From the human T2T-CHM13v2.0 reference genome, Homo sapiens: a DNA stretch of 64,000 bases. Under the pieces are notes generated by a model that was not told where the DNA came from, did not search any database, and saw nothing but the letters and a program-made list of their open reading frames with translations. A program made the position numbers and the translations under genes. Shown here in pieces: positions 36,083-56,380 of the stretch (position 1 is its first letter; each line of letters opens with the position of its first letter). The stretch lies in NCBI RefSeq assembly GCF_009914755.1, contig NC_060946.1. The stretch is one strand, 5' to 3'.

Positions 36083-37874
36083 AATTATCATATTATTATT
36101 ATTACCAGCTGACCCAGTTAGTGTGGCCTGGAAAATGTTGTCAACCATCATAAAATAAATGAATCCTTGATGATACTGAGCTTCCAAATGCCAGTCTTCA
36201 AATTTTGCACTGCAACTCAGAGGGTGTAAAATTAATTCCAATGGCTGCAACCAGCATTTTGTTAAAGTGAGGCAGCCCAGAGCTGACTCCAGCTGGAGAG
36301 CGAACTGTTCAACGGGAGGGATGGTGAGGGTTCCTGGAATGTTGCTTCAGTTACCTGAATGCGTAGATACGCTCTGGATAACGATGGAAGATCTACTTCT
36401 TGCTGGAAGTTTGGATGGAAAATCTTTTGGAAAGTGCTGTCCTGGAACACCTGGCCCAGCTGTCAGATCCCCTCTGGTATTTCCCCAGCGGCTGATCTGC
36501 TGTCACGTTTGAAGCCACCCTTTGCCTTAGGTCCTCCATATCCCTGTCCACGCCCCCGGGTGTGTCCCTGGGGGCAGTGCCATCTGATGGCTTGTCCAGC
36601 GCTGTGAGGCTCTCCCCAGCTTCCCTAAAGTTGAGTTTCATCCTGGAGCTGGGCCATCTCACACATCCCCTTGGCATCTGCCAGCCATGGTTGTGGGATG
36701 CTGTAACAGACAGACAGAGAGACAAACAGAAGACTTCACATTATCTCATAGAGATCACGAGAGCCATAGTGAGCTCAGGCTCCATGGACTGATGCTCAGA
36801 TCCCAGTGTCCCACGAACACTGAGAGTCCCCTCAGCGCCAAAGGCTGCATGCCAGACAGCTCCCGATCCTCGGGGAGATGGGCAAGGTGCTGAGCAGTAA
36901 TGGGATGTGGACACCCTAAGAAACACTGATGCAGGTAGAGGGGAAGCCCCTGGGAGGCCCCAATCCAGTCTAGCTTCTCCCCTGTTGGGAGCCTTGGTCC
37001 ACTGCTGCCCCCGACCCTGGCTCCTCTCACCTTCAGGGCTGGAGCAGCACCTGCACTGGGGGTCTGGGCTGAAGCTGCTCCCTCCCCAGCACCCCCCTTG
37101 AGTGTGACACTCATCACTGCCTGGGACTCAGAAACTGTGGTTCCCCCAAGGACAGCCCCAGGTCTCGGGAGAGGAAGCGACTGTTTTAAATAGTGCCCCC
37201 AGCCGCTCCCTTTCAGGCCCTGCCTGACCCTGCACCTGCCATGGCCTCTCAACAGAGGCAGCCTCAGACCACATCTTTCTGTGGCGGGAAATCTGGGTCT
37301 GGCTGGATCCTGGGGACCCTGCGGGGCTGGGCTGGGCCGGGCCTCTCCAGCAGGTGCAGCTGCAGCTCTCACCACCCAGGCTCACCTCACCCCTTCCTGG
37401 ACTGAGATGTGTCCAGGCCTGGGCAGAGGAGGCTGGGCCCTGCTGTCCTGCTCAGTGCCCTCCCTTTTTAGGGTCCCTGGTGCCTCTGCAGAGCCCTCTG
37501 GGTCCTGCCTGGCTGTCCTCTCTCAGAGCACAGGTGACTGCCCCATCTAGTCACCTCTGCCCTGCTCCCGTGTTTGTGGGTGTCCCCCATTCTGGCCTCC
37601 TGCTGGTCAGTCCCCTGCCCACTCTCTATGCCCCAGGCCTCAAAGACTCCGCCTGCACCACCAAGGATCCCTCTCTCTCAGGCTGTCTCCAGAGGAAATA
37701 CAGGACCATTTTCCTCAGGAACCAGAAGTGAAGGTTCTAGAAACTCTCAAGTTTTCAGGGTCACTGGAAGTGATCTCTGTTATTTTGGCAGCTTCAAAAT
37801 ATTCTTCAAAGCCCAGAAGTCTTGAGGTTTCCTTGGACATGAGGATGATGATGTACCTACCATTATTTACGGCC

Positions 37875-37990
37875 AGGGTGATGTTTAATTTTATGTGTCA
37901 ACTTGGCAGGGCCACAGTGCCAGATATTTGGTCAAATATTATTCTGATGTTTCTGTGGCATTATTTTGTGGGTGGGATTAACATTTAAAT
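37875..37990 (+). mobile_element. MLT2 (ERVL) LTR 5' fragment
   Basis: TGATGTTTAATTTTATGTGTCAACTTGGCAGGGCCACAGTGCCAGATATTTGGTCAAA matches the MLT2 start. Confidence 0.75.
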
Positions 37991-38027
37991 TTTACATTTC
38001 ACAAACTTGTGAAAATTAAACAACAGT

Positions 38028-40210
<2,183 letters not shown>

Positions 40211-40984
40211 ACTTTCATAGCCATTCTCTAACCTAGCCCACCACTCCTGCACACGGGAGCTCTTCTCTAAAAGACTTACCTGTGCCCTTATCGTGCAAGA
40301 GTCATGTTTGTTTTCCTTGCATTTCCAACAGTTTAGTCGCATCTCTATGATGGGATTTCTAGGCCTTTTCTGTGCAGTATCTGGGGCTGGGATAGCACTG
40401 CCGGGTGCCCCTCCCCCCATGCTTCCAGGGTACATGTGCAATGTCTGTTATAGACCATGTCAGAGAGCCATCCTGTGGGTCCCAGACACCCAACTCAAAT
40501 GGCCTCAAACAAGGAGGGAGTTACTGCCTGGCATAACCGGGAATCTGGATGTGGGGCACCTAGGGTCACCCGATCCCAGAACCCTGCTTCCATTTCTGTG
40601 GGTTTCTCCCTGCCCTTTCCCCCAGTTGGCTGGATTTACTCATGGGAAGCCTTATCAGACCAAAATTCGAAGGGAGAGAGAAGCCTTCTCCATCATCCAG
40701 GCAGAGGGACCCATCCCTGAGGACCAGGACCAGGGACGGGGCCTGACTGCCTTCCCTGGGGCACAGAGAAGGGAGGGAGTGGTGAAGGCCTCAGGCCTAG
40801 GACAGGCAGCTGACCACCACCCTCCCCTCCCCACCATCCAGGCCAGGGACAATCTGAGAACCAACTAGCAATCCAGCAATGGGACACATTCAGCAGAACC
40901 CTGGAAGGTGCCCCAGGAACCAGGCCCAAGGCCTCTAATGTCAGGGCTCACAGAAACCCAGGGGTCTCCCCACCGTGCATGCAG

Positions 40985-41670
<686 letters not shown>

Positions 41671-42099
41671 GTTGGGAAGGCGCTCAGTGGGAGGGTTCAG
41701 CCCACAGCAGAGAAGTGTATTCAGAATCTCTTCCTTCTTGCAGGTCACACCTGAGCTGCCCTCTTCCTGAGAACAGAGAGAGCTTCCAGGCAGGGGGCCC
41801 TACTGTCTGCCCAGCAGGTGCCTAGGGCCACCATTTAAGAGGGTGCTCACTCTCAGGTGCTGACCCTGTACTCACACAGGTGCCTGCTCCCCTCACTCTG
41901 GTCCTGGGCAGGCCCAGCCCCTCTGCATCTGTCTTATGGCCTCCAACCGAACAGGCCTGTAATGAGTGATGGCTGTCACTTCCTTTCTGCCACCCGGGTA
42001 TCTCACAATTTTTTTTAGCCAATTCTGACCCCAAATCATATGGAGAAGGGGACTGTGGGAAACTTAGTTCTAGTTTAGCCAGGTGGATACAGGGCAAAA

Positions 42100-43400
<1,301 letters not shown>

Positions 43401-43449
43401 TGATGCCACATAATGGCTTTCTGGTTGCATTTTAGTGATTGATTTCTAG

Positions 43450-44141
<692 letters not shown>

Positions 44142-45931
44142 CAGGGTACATGTTCTTTATAGCCTGGCATATGTGCGCTTTTGTTCCATATCTGCTTGAA
44201 AAGAATGTGCCCTGCACTCGGAGCATGCTCTGCTCCGTGGATGGCATAAGGCTGTCTACTGTCTTCCTCAAACCTTCTCTAGCCGTTCTCACTCATGGCC
44301 CACTTATTCCACTAATTACAGAGATGTGTAAGAATCTGGGAGCATCTCTACATCTATAGGCATCCCACAGCTGGAACGGGGCTCCCCTAGACAGTTCTGG
44401 CCTTCAGGCCTGCGGAATGGTTGAGGCAAAAGGAAGAAAAAGACACTGAGTCCCAAGCAGAGATGTGGGGTCCTCCTCCCCCAGCTCAGCTTGGGCCAGT
44501 CTCACAGCACCCCCTGGTGGCCTCCCGCTGCAGGTCACACACTTACACTCTCAAGGACTGCACTGGAGCTTCAGACAAGGAGGGCACTCTTCCAGGCCCT
44601 GTTCTTGCTGGATGGGTCAGGTCTCTTCCTCTCCCTCCCTGTGACTCCCCTTTCTCCACCGACTACAAGGAAATGGTCTCCTGCCAGCCTTCTCGCTGTC
44701 TGAGAACGTGAAATGGCAAGGTCTCCTGTTGAGACCTTGAACTACTCCAAGCGCTTCCCACTTCACTTCTATGAAGTGAGCTTCCCTCAAAATTTCTGCT
44801 GACCTCATCCACGAAACAGGGAAGAAACCCAAGGGCAGGTTGAGCCTCAGCCATTGTGAGGATCTATCTGAGGCGTAGGGGGTCCTGTCAGGAGCTAGGT
44901 TGTGGAGCACATGGGCTCAGGGAAAATCACAGCTGGGGTGCTTGCGAAATCATTGTTTTTAGGAAATACGTAAATACACCAGGCGTTAAGGCGACATGAA
45001 AACATAACAATGAGAAGCAAGAAGAAAATGGTTATGGTTGGACCTATTTTCTCCTTTCCCACGAACCAAAGGGCTGGCTCAAACCCCAAATTTGGCCTTC
45101 TTCCCTGGTTCAGCTGCACCTGACACCCAGAATACAGCACAGGGCTGGGGGAGGGGTGTGGAGGGGGAGCAGGCCCTCTGCTTCCCATGTTACAGTAGCT
45201 AACATGGGAATAGGACTCCCCCAAACCTCCAGCCCAGGCTCCTTCTGTGGCTACGCGAGGGGTGTTTCCCGAGGCACGTCCTTCCCTCCAGCGGAAGGCA
45301 TGTTCAGGGAACACAGGAACGCAATGGGGCTGGAGCATGGAGGGTCCAGAGACGGGAGCCAGATCAGGAAGGGCCTGCAGGCTGGCCTTGACATTCTGGT
45401 TTACATGGGACTCAATGGGGGTGTCTGAGGAAGGGAATGACCCCATCAGGCTAGCAGGGTAGAAAGCACTCTGGCTGCCAAAAGCAGAACAAATACAAGG
45501 GCAGTCAGGTCAGGAGGCTGTGCACTGGGCCAGCAGAGGGATGGCAGCAGCCTCAGGTAAGGCAGAGTAATCAGAGAGGAGGTGGCATCCAGTGATATCA
45601 AGGAGCAAGACTTGGGGGGGCGGTCCATGAATTAGAAGGTAGAGGAGGAGTGGGTTTTTGAATCCAGGCTTAAGAGGAGAAAAGGACAGGAAGTAGGGAG
45701 AGAGCTGATAAGCACCATCAGTATGCATAACAGGCAAGAGAAAGTCACTTGTTCACACAGCAAGTGCTACTGGGTGGCCTACTCCACAGCCTCTTCAGGG
45801 GCAGAGCCCACCCCTCCAGGGCCCAGTCTGCACAGTGGGAAAGGAAGATGGGCAGAGAGAGGCTGATATTGGGCACCTCTGGGGCGGGCCACTAATAGAA
45901 GGGAGAGGCTTCAAGCTTTAAGATAAGACTT

Positions 45932-47515
<1,584 letters not shown>

Positions 47516-47516
47516 T

Positions 47517-47810
<294 letters not shown>

Positions 47811-49511
47811 ATTGTTGAAGTTCAAGGGAACAAGATGTATGACAAGTGACTACTCATCTGTCAGAGTGGCAGGGCCACTGAGGATGTGACAGTCATTCAT
47901 CCACTCTGAAACAACTATTCAGGACCCCTAACAGAAAGGAATGTCTGGCCTTTACATGCTTTGATAAACAGGATCTATTCCTGTTAAAGCAGAGGCTTCG
48001 TTCATCTCCAAAGCTTGTAGAGGAACCTCAGACCTGGGCCAGAGATCCTCAGAGGGCTGTGGTTTCAGGGCCTGGAGGTGACACCTCCCAATCACACAGA
48101 CATTGCAGGCTCAGAGGGAGGAGCCCCTTTGAAAGAGGTGAGCAGAGTCTGGGGCATTTGTGCAAATGTTGATGAGGTCCCCAGACAACTCGCAGGCTCC
48201 CAGGGAACCCTAACTGGGGAAGAAAAGATGAGGATAAGCAGAGCCCACCATGGGTGAGAAGAGAGGAAAGCCAGGGTCTCCACCACCCAGGTCCTCAGTG
48301 TCCCTCCTCCGTGTGCCCGGCCCTGTCCTGTGGGTGGAGGGTGAGGAGAGGGAGAGAAGGAAGGGTTGGCAGTTTTATAAGAGCTGGACCTCCTCCTATG
48401 AGTAGATGAAATAGTTTAATGAGATTGGTTTTGGATTTTCCAGCTTCCCTAGAGGCCGGAATCAGACTCCCAATATAAGCTCTTGGTCGCTGTGGTGAAA
48501 GTTCGTGTGTATTCATCCCCTGAGAAGGTTCCCTAACCCTTACTGTGTCTTCTGTGTGAGGAGTGCAGCTCTAAGCACTCAGGGTACTGTTTCCCAGTGA
48601 ATCTTAATGAAATGTTTGGAGAATTTTTATTTCCTCCATTTAGCCTAACCAGAACAGAAACGTCAGCTCTAGAGGTAGAACAGGTCACTCAGAGTCACCC
48701 GAGCAATGACTGCTGCATGAGCTGCTGACTTGAGGTCTAAGTGATGGGAAAGTTCACCTTTCTGCCTAGTTGCCTCTGAAAATGTATCCTAAAATTAAGT
48801 AAACACATTGTTTATAGCTAATCTTTCTAGGTGGCTTCATAAATCAATAAATAGACACACATTTTCCATGTGCAGATGGTGTGCAAAGTTTTGGGGGTCA
48901 GACCAACTCAGGAGGCTGCCCCTGAGGAGATAGGAAAGGTCCCCTGTCCATTAATGAGTGGCCTTGGCCAGACTTCCAACCATGGTGAGGGAGGAAGGGG
49001 GACATCCATAGCTCCTTCTCCTCCACTCTCAGGAAACCCTAAGCCAGGAAATAATTCTAAAGAGATCTAGGGAGGAGGAACTGAGAGGACAAGTTGACTC
49101 AGACAGGAAGACCCTAGGACTCTCCATGGGGGACGTTCATAACTGAGAAGCATCATTGCTGGCCAGGGGACTGGAAAACACATCATCTTACATCCCTGCA
49201 TTCCTGCTCCAAATGTCTGAAATCCCAGGAACCCACAGCCTGTCCTCTCACCGGAGCTCTCAGGGGCACTTCTGCTCTGTAGGAGATAGAAACTGTCCCT
49301 TCATTATCACATTACGTCATTTTTGCTGCACACAGAGTCTTCCACAGTGGGTTCTAGTCATTTCTCCGTGTTTCCCTTCATCTCCTTTCTGTCTCTTCTG
49401 AGAGTCTGATTCCATCTAGCACCTCTTCTCTTTCCTGTGAGGCCAGTTCTCCCCGGGTCCAACCTCAGGGGTGCAGTTCAAAGGTTGTCCCCTTCCTCTT
49501 CCCCTTCCCCT

Positions 49512-50727
49512 TTTGACAGAGTCTTGCATCCAGGCTGGAGTGCAGTGACACGATCACAGCTCACTGTAGCCTTGATCTACTGGACTCAAGGACCCTCCCA
49601 CCTCAGCTTCACAAGTAGTTGTGACCACAGGTACATGGCACCCCCGTTTTTTATTTTTATTTGTGCAAAGGGGTCTCATTTTGTCGCCCAGGCTGGTTTA
49701 AACTCCTGGCCTCATGCCATCTTCCCACCGTGGCCTCCCCGCTCTGCATTTTCTTCTGAGCGCTGGTCTCACAGCCTCCTACAAGTTTGGTGTGCTTTGT
49801 TTCCATTTTCATTTATCTCAAAGAATTTTTGAACATCACTTGTAATTTCTGCTTTGATTCATTGATTGTTTAGGAGTGTGTTTAAATTTTTATATATTCC
49901 TGAATTCAGATTGCCTTTGTTATTGATTTCTACCTTCATTCTATTGCAGAGAAGATACTTTGATTTCAGTGCTTTTAAATCAATGAGATTTGTTTCATGG
50001 TCTAATACATGGTATATTCCAGAGAACATTCCATGTGTGCTTGGGAAGAATCTGTATTCTGTGAGTCTGTTGTAGATGTTGTCAGGTCTAGCTGATTTAT
50101 AGTTTTTCAAGTTCTCTACTTCTTTATTGATCTTCTGTCTCATTGTTCTAGCCAGTATTGACAGTATAGTATTGCAACTATTATTGCGAAGCTGTCTGTT
50201 TCTCTCTTCAATTCCATCAGTCATTACTTCCTATACTTGGGGGCTCTGTGGTTAGACGCACATGTACTAATTGTTACATCTTCTTGATGAAGTAACTTAT
50301 TTATCAATATATAATGTCCTTCTTTGCCTCTTGTAATAACTTTCATTGACAGACCCATCTCTCTTTTCCTTCATTCCTTGCCTCCTTCCTTCTTTCCTTC
50401 CTCCCTCCCTCCATCCCTCCCTCATTTAAACTGTTGGCAGGACACAGTGGCTTACATCTATAATTCCAGAATTTGGGAGGCCAAGGCAGGTGAAGTGTGT
50501 GAACCCAGAAGTTTGAGACCAGCCTGGGCAACATGGTGAAACCCAGTCTCTACAACACAACACAACAAAACAAAATCTAAAATTAGCCGGTCACCTATAG
50601 GTGCAGCTATGCGGCCACTCAGGAAGCTAAGGCCAGTGCATCTATTGAGCCCTGGAGGTCAAGGCTGCAGTGAGCCATGATCACACTACTGCACTCCAGC
50701 CTGGGTGACAGAAGGAGACCCTGTGTC

Positions 50728-50763
<36 letters not shown>

Positions 50764-50765
50764 GT
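49512..50765. mobile_element. AluJ(-) 49512-49740; L1 ORF2 endonuclease-region fragment(-) about 49790-50340; AluJ(+) 50436-50765
   Basis: Minus-strand translation MRQKINKEVENL...EYRFFPSTHGMFSGIYHVLDHETNL resembles the L1 endonuclease motif (YTFFS..HGTFSRIDH.LGHK). Confidence 0.8.
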
Positions 50766-53700
50766 ACATAAATACACAGATAAACTGTTGGTTGGGAGCC
50801 GTGTATGCGCCAGGCACTAAGCTGGGGATGAGATGGGATGAAGAGTCTGGAGACTTGGGAAAAGGCTGCATCTCTGGGAGGCCACAGCTTTTCCTTAGTC
50901 AAAGAGGGTCCTGGAAGGGGTAGGTAAGATCCCTTGAAGCCAGGTCCTCCAGAGCTCCAGGACCCAAGGTGGAGCTCAGGGTGTGGGAAGGCAGCCAGGG
51001 GGCAGCATCAGGCCTGGTGGGGGGCTGGGGCTGGGAGCAGGTGGGATGTAAGGAGAGGGCTGTTCCACCGTCACCTGTGAGCTGCATGAACACCCAGTGC
51101 AGCCCTGAAATACGCTCCCCCTCTCCCTGGCCACATCTGTCTTGTTTTTCTCCTGTCCCACATCCCACGCGGCAGCCTTGGCTTCTCCTTGCCTTAGTTT
51201 TTTCCCTTGTCACCCTGAGTTCTGGTTTAGGTCAGTGTTAAGATTAACCTTAGCCTGGGGATTCCCAAGGTCAGCCAGCTGCAGGCAGGGCCACCGGAGC
51301 TGGGAAGGTGAATCCCCCACCCCCATCCCTTGGCCTGGCCCCCACCCTACTCTCACCTCAGACCTCGCTGTCCCTCCAGGCCTCCCTGGCCAACCCCTTC
51401 ACCCAGGAAGCTACTGGTTTCCTGAATGGCTGGTCCTCAGGTCCCTGACCCAGCTTCTCCTTGACCAGAGTGAAGGCTGGGCCCAGGGAGGGAAAGGTAC
51501 TTGCCCAGGATCACATAGCATGTCACCCACAGGCCCAGGCAAGAACTGAGGAGAGAACAGCAATGGCTGGGGGTAGGTGAGGGTCCCCGTGGGCCTGGCA
51601 CTCCCTAGGCATTCTCATTTAATCCCCAAAACAAACCTGTGGGGAGAGACTGTTATCACCCCCGTGTACAGAGGAGGAAACTGAGGCCCACTGAAGGGAG
51701 TCAAACTGCCCGAGGTCAAGGGCTGCTGAGGGCTGAGCTTGGGCGGGACCCCTTTTCTGTCTCACCCTGTGGCTGGGGCTCCCACAGCAGAGGCTCCACT
51801 TGGAAGAACACGCTCTGGGCTCCTGCAGGCCTTTGCCAGCTGCCCTCCCTCCTCCTAGCCGTTCAGGGGAGGGGTGGCCATCGGGCTCTGTAGCCCTGAC
51901 TCGGCCTTACTCTGCTCTGAGGCCTCTTTTCTGCATCCCCGAAATGGGGTCAGAGCTGGGGAATGGTAAAGGGAGGTCACCCCACCTGAGCATATCTGGT
52001 GCCTGGCAGAGGGCAGTGCTCCATACAGGCACCCTCCATACAAGTGTGTTCCATACAGGTGTGCTCCATACAGGTGTGCTCCGATGTGAGCTTGGGCAGG
52101 CCCCTTCCTCTCCTGATCTCGGTTTCCCCATTTGTCAGTGAGAGGCTCTGGCCTGAAAGTCAGGACACCCCTGAGCTAGCTCTGCCTCATTCTTTGGGAT
52201 TTAACTGCTCTAGGCCTCAGTTATCCTACCTGTTAAATGGGACCAAGATCCTGACCATGGGCCCCACAGAATCCATGAGTGGCTCAGCTGGACAACACGT
52301 GTCCCATATTTTATAAATGGTACAGGGACAATAAGGCCACTCAATAGCGTCTCAACACAGGCACAGCTGCCTTTAGGAGTTGCAGATCTGGCCAGATCTG
52401 AGGCATTCAGGGCCTTTATTCTCAGCCTTGTTCCCTCTGGGCCCTGTTCCTGCCCCTCTGCAGGGCTCTGGGGCTTAGGACACGTCAGCCTGCTGGCCCA
52501 GCCCAGTGTGCGTGTTCACAGACCTGGTCTACCGTCCAACCCAGAGAACTCCTATGCACCCCGCAGGGCCCTGCCCTGGACCTGCCTCCCTGCATCCTCT
52601 GCCCATTCAGTCTTCTTTACCAGGTGGTCACTGCCTGTGTCCCATTCAGGGCCCAGACCTGCTCTCTCCCTTGTCCCCTGCCCCTATTAAGGCCTGGCCC
52701 AGTGCAGGGCCCAGCCATGCGGCAGAATGGAAGGAATTTTTGGGTGGTGAGCAGGGTGGCAGGGCACGTGGTATGGCAGACAGGTTCTAGGGTCTCTGAG
52801 ATGATCCCTCAGGGTGCTTTTATGGGGGCCCATGTGCACCTGCCATATCCCTGTTGAGAGAAGGGGCGCTGAGGTCACTCCTGTGCCTTTGCTCACACCC
52901 ATCTTCCAGCATGCCCTTCCTCCCTCTGCCCTCCAGCCCTGGTTCAAGCTCCCAGGCCTGTCTGAGGTTGCCACTGCCCCCAGGCCACCTTTGCTGACAT
53001 GGGATCCCCAGTATCCCCTGCCCCTCATCGTCTTCACAGAGGGTCTCATCTGCAGCCTGAGCTCTGTACTGGGCAGGGACAAGTACTCCCAGGGGACCCC
53101 AGTGCCACAGCCCCCTTCTCCCACGGTGCATGATCAGGCACACTTCAGGTCTCACCTGGGGCTGGGCTAGGTTGATCCCGCTTTGCCTGGGACATCAGGA
53201 GCTGAGGGTCTATATAGGTCAGGCCCCAGGAGGTGTCAGAGGGTTTGTGGAAGGATGGGTGTGTGTGTGTACGGACAGATATATGGATGGACAGACTGAT
53301 GGAAAAACGGATAAGTAACTGTCCAGTCTGAAGTCCTGTCCATGAAGGAGGGACCCTGGGAGGCCTCTTGGGGGCAGCTGTGCTTCCAGGTACTTTGTCA
53401 CTACCCAAGACCTTAGGGTCCCAGGGCAGCAATTGAAAGGGTCCCCATTTCCCTTTCCCTCCCTGTAACTGGCCAAGCCCCCTGAAATGTCTGAGGTTTG
53501 GAAGCAGCAGGTGGGTTGTGACCTTCAGGGACCCACTTCCAGCTTCAGCCAATCCTGCCCACCCTGGGTCCCTCTGAGCTCTGAGTGTCTGGCTGTGCCC
53601 TACAGTTGGCCATAGCTCTGCACCTAGCATTTTGAACAGTTCCTGGGGATCCCTGAGAAGGGGGTAGGGCCTGCATGAACAGAAGCTTCTGGAGCAGAAG

Positions 53701-53895
53701 ATGCCGCTTCTGTCCCTTGACTGACTGTGATCTTGAGACCCTGTCTAGCTCAGGTCTGGGCACAGGGCCTGGGCACCTCGGTGCTGGATACAGGCCCATT
53801 TCCCAGCTGGGCTGGTGGAGGCTTCATTAACCGAACCCTCCCCTACCCCTATGTCCCCACCCCCACTAGCCTCCCCTCTAAAAACGATTCGGCAA

Positions 53896-54199
53896 TTTTT
53901 TTTCTTTTTTTTTTTTTTGAGATGGAGTCTCGCTCTGTCGCCCAGGCTGGAGTGCAGTGGTGCGATCTCGGCCCACTGCAAGCTCTGCCTCCCGGGTTCA
54001 CACCATTCTCCTGCCTCAGCCTCCTGAGTGGCTGGGACTATGGGCACCCGCCACCATGACCAGCTAATTTTTTATATTTTTAGTAGAGACGGGGTTTCAC
54101 CGTGTTAGCCAGGATGGTCTTGATCTCCTGACCTCGTGATCGACCCACCTCGGCCTCCCAAAGTGCTGGGATTACAGGCGTGAGCCACCGCACCTGGCC
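53896..54199 (-). mobile_element. AluY-type SINE
   Basis: AluY diagnostics (CAAGCTCTGCCTCCCGGGTTCACACCATTC, GTGTTAGCCAGGATGG); TSD GGCAATTT. Confidence 0.9.
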
Positions 54200-54366
54200 G
54201 GCAATTTCTAATAAACATACGCTTATGCATATCAAGCAAACTCTACTCCTAGGTTTTTATCCAAACGGAATGAAAACTTATGTTTAAACAAAAATTTGTT
54301 TGCAAATATTTATACTGGTTTTATTCACCATTGGCAATAAGCAGAAACATCTGGTTTGACCTAACG

Positions 54367-54408
<42 letters not shown>

Positions 54409-55140
54409 GAAACAGCCCAATTGTCATTCAACTGGTGAATGGCTAAACACATGGTGATACCTTCATAAATGGAATCATACTCAGCAACAACAGGGAACAA
54501 ACTATTGATCCATAAGGCAACTGGGATGAATTACAACATTGTTACACTGAACTCAGGAAGCCAGACTCAGAAGGTTACATACTTAGACTCCTAGTCAGCA
54601 TTAAAAATGAACAAACTAGGTTGCAATTGAGCCACCTGGAGGAACACCCAGAAAACTATGCTGAGTGGGAGAAAGCCAGTCCCCAGAAATCACATACTGT
54701 ATGATTCCATGTGCAGAACATTCTTGAAATAACAAAATTACACAAGTGGAGACCAAATTAATAGTTGCCAGGGGCTAAGGAGGGGTTTGGGACAGTGGGA
54801 AGTGAGTGTTCCTGTGAAAGGGCAACATGAGGGATGTTTGGGAGGGAAGTGTTCCCTTCTTGCTGTATCAATGTCAATCTCCTGGCTGTGATCCGTTACT
54901 GTAGCTGCAAGGTGCTACCGTTGAGGGAACTGGCCGGAGTACCTGGGATCCCTCTGTATGATTCCTCACAACTGCATGAGAAGCTGCAATTATCTCAAAA
55001 TAAAAAGTTTAATTTAAAAAGCGGTCACATCCTTTACGTTTGCATTTCTGTGATATTCTGTAAAAAGCAACAGTATAGGGTCAGAAAGAGACCAGTGGTT
55101 GCCGTGGTTGGGGTACAGAAAGGGTTTGAATGTAAAAGGA
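54200..55140 (+). mobile_element. L1MC-like 3' UTR fragments with (CA)n at 54375-54404
   Basis: Motifs GAATGAAAACTTATG, CATACTGTATGATTCCAT, GTTGCCAGGGGCTA and TCTCAAAATAAAAAGTTT. Confidence 0.7.
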
Positions 55141-55147
55141 ACGTAAG

Positions 55148-55675
55148 GGCTGAGAGCAGGGGCTCACCCCTGTAATCCCAGCACTGTGGGAGGCTGAGAG
55201 CAGGGGCTCACCCCTGTAATCCCAGCACTGTGGGAGGCTGAGAGCAGGGGCTCACCCCTGTAATCCCAGCACTGTGGGAGGCTGAGAGCAGGGGCTCACC
55301 CCTGTAATCCCAGCACTGTGGGAGGCTGAGAGCAGGGGCTCACCCCTGTAATCCCAGCACTGTGGGAGGCTGAGAGCAGGGGCTCACCCCTGTAATCCCA
55401 GCACTGTGGGAGGCTGAGAGCAGGGGCTCACCCCTGTAATCCCAGCACTGTGGGAGGCTGAGAGCAGGGGCTCACCCCTGTAATCCCAGCACTGTGGGAG
55501 GCTGAGAGCAGGGGCTCACCCCTGTAATCCCAGCACTGTGGGAGGCTGAGAGCAGGGGCTCACCCCTGTAATCCCAGCACTGTGGGAGGCTGAGAGCAGG
55601 GGCTCACCCCTGTAATCCCAGCACTGTGGGAGGCTGAGAGCAGGGGCTCACCCCTGTAATCCCAGCACTGTGGGA
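55148..55675 (+). repeat. Alu-head-derived minisatellite: 12 identical 44-bp units, continuing into the rest of an Alu (55676-55918)
   Basis: Unit GGCTGAGAGCAGGGGCTCACCCCTGTAATCCCAGCACTGTGGGA starts at 55148, 55192, ... 55632. Confidence 0.95.
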
Positions 55676-56257
55676 GGCTGAGGCAGGTGGGTCACTTGGG
55701 GCCAGGAATTTGAGACCAGCCTGGCCAACATGGCAAAACCCTGTCTCTACTAAAAATACAAAAATTACCCGGGTGTGGTGACACACACCTGTAATTCCAG
55801 CTACGCGAGAGGCTGAGGCAAGAGAATCGCTTGAACCCAGGTGGCGGAGGTTGCAGTGAGCCGAGATTCACCTCTGCACACCAGCCTGGGTGACAGAGTG
55901 AGACTGTGTCTCTAAAAAAGGGGTGCTTAGAGAAATTTGGGGGGGGGTGGAAATATTCTGTATTTCAATTGTGATAGTTACATGAGTCAATGATTTTTTA
56001 AAAATTATACTAGGTTTTATTAGCTACACCAAAAAGAGTAAACTTTACCATAAAGTAGAAATGTTTCAAAAGTTTAAATGTTTTAAAATGTTTATTATGT
56101 CATTACAGTTGTCAAAAACATATTTATCTTAAGTGTTTAATGTTCCCTACCATGGATATAACATAGTTTATTTTACCTCCCCCTAACATTCGACATTTAG
56201 GCTGTTTCCACTTTTCCCTCCATGAACACATTTACTTTTTTTTTTTTTTTTTTTTGA

Positions 56258-56380
<123 letters not shown>

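Noticed and set aside
36100-36700. Possible processed pseudogene or exon upstream of IGLL1
   Set aside because: The sequence looks unique, but I found no recognisable protein, splice pair, or poly(A)/TSD.
52410-53160. Minus-strand polyA signal (52415) and donor-like CCAG|GTGAGA (about 53155) as the 3' end of the IGLL-like paralog
   Set aside because: No J- or C-lambda-like sequence is visible and the acceptor is weak; isolated motifs like these occur by chance.
55148-55675. CRISPR-like array of palindromic direct repeats
   Set aside because: There are no unique spacers and no cas genes; the unit is the first 44 nt of an Alu in human DNA.
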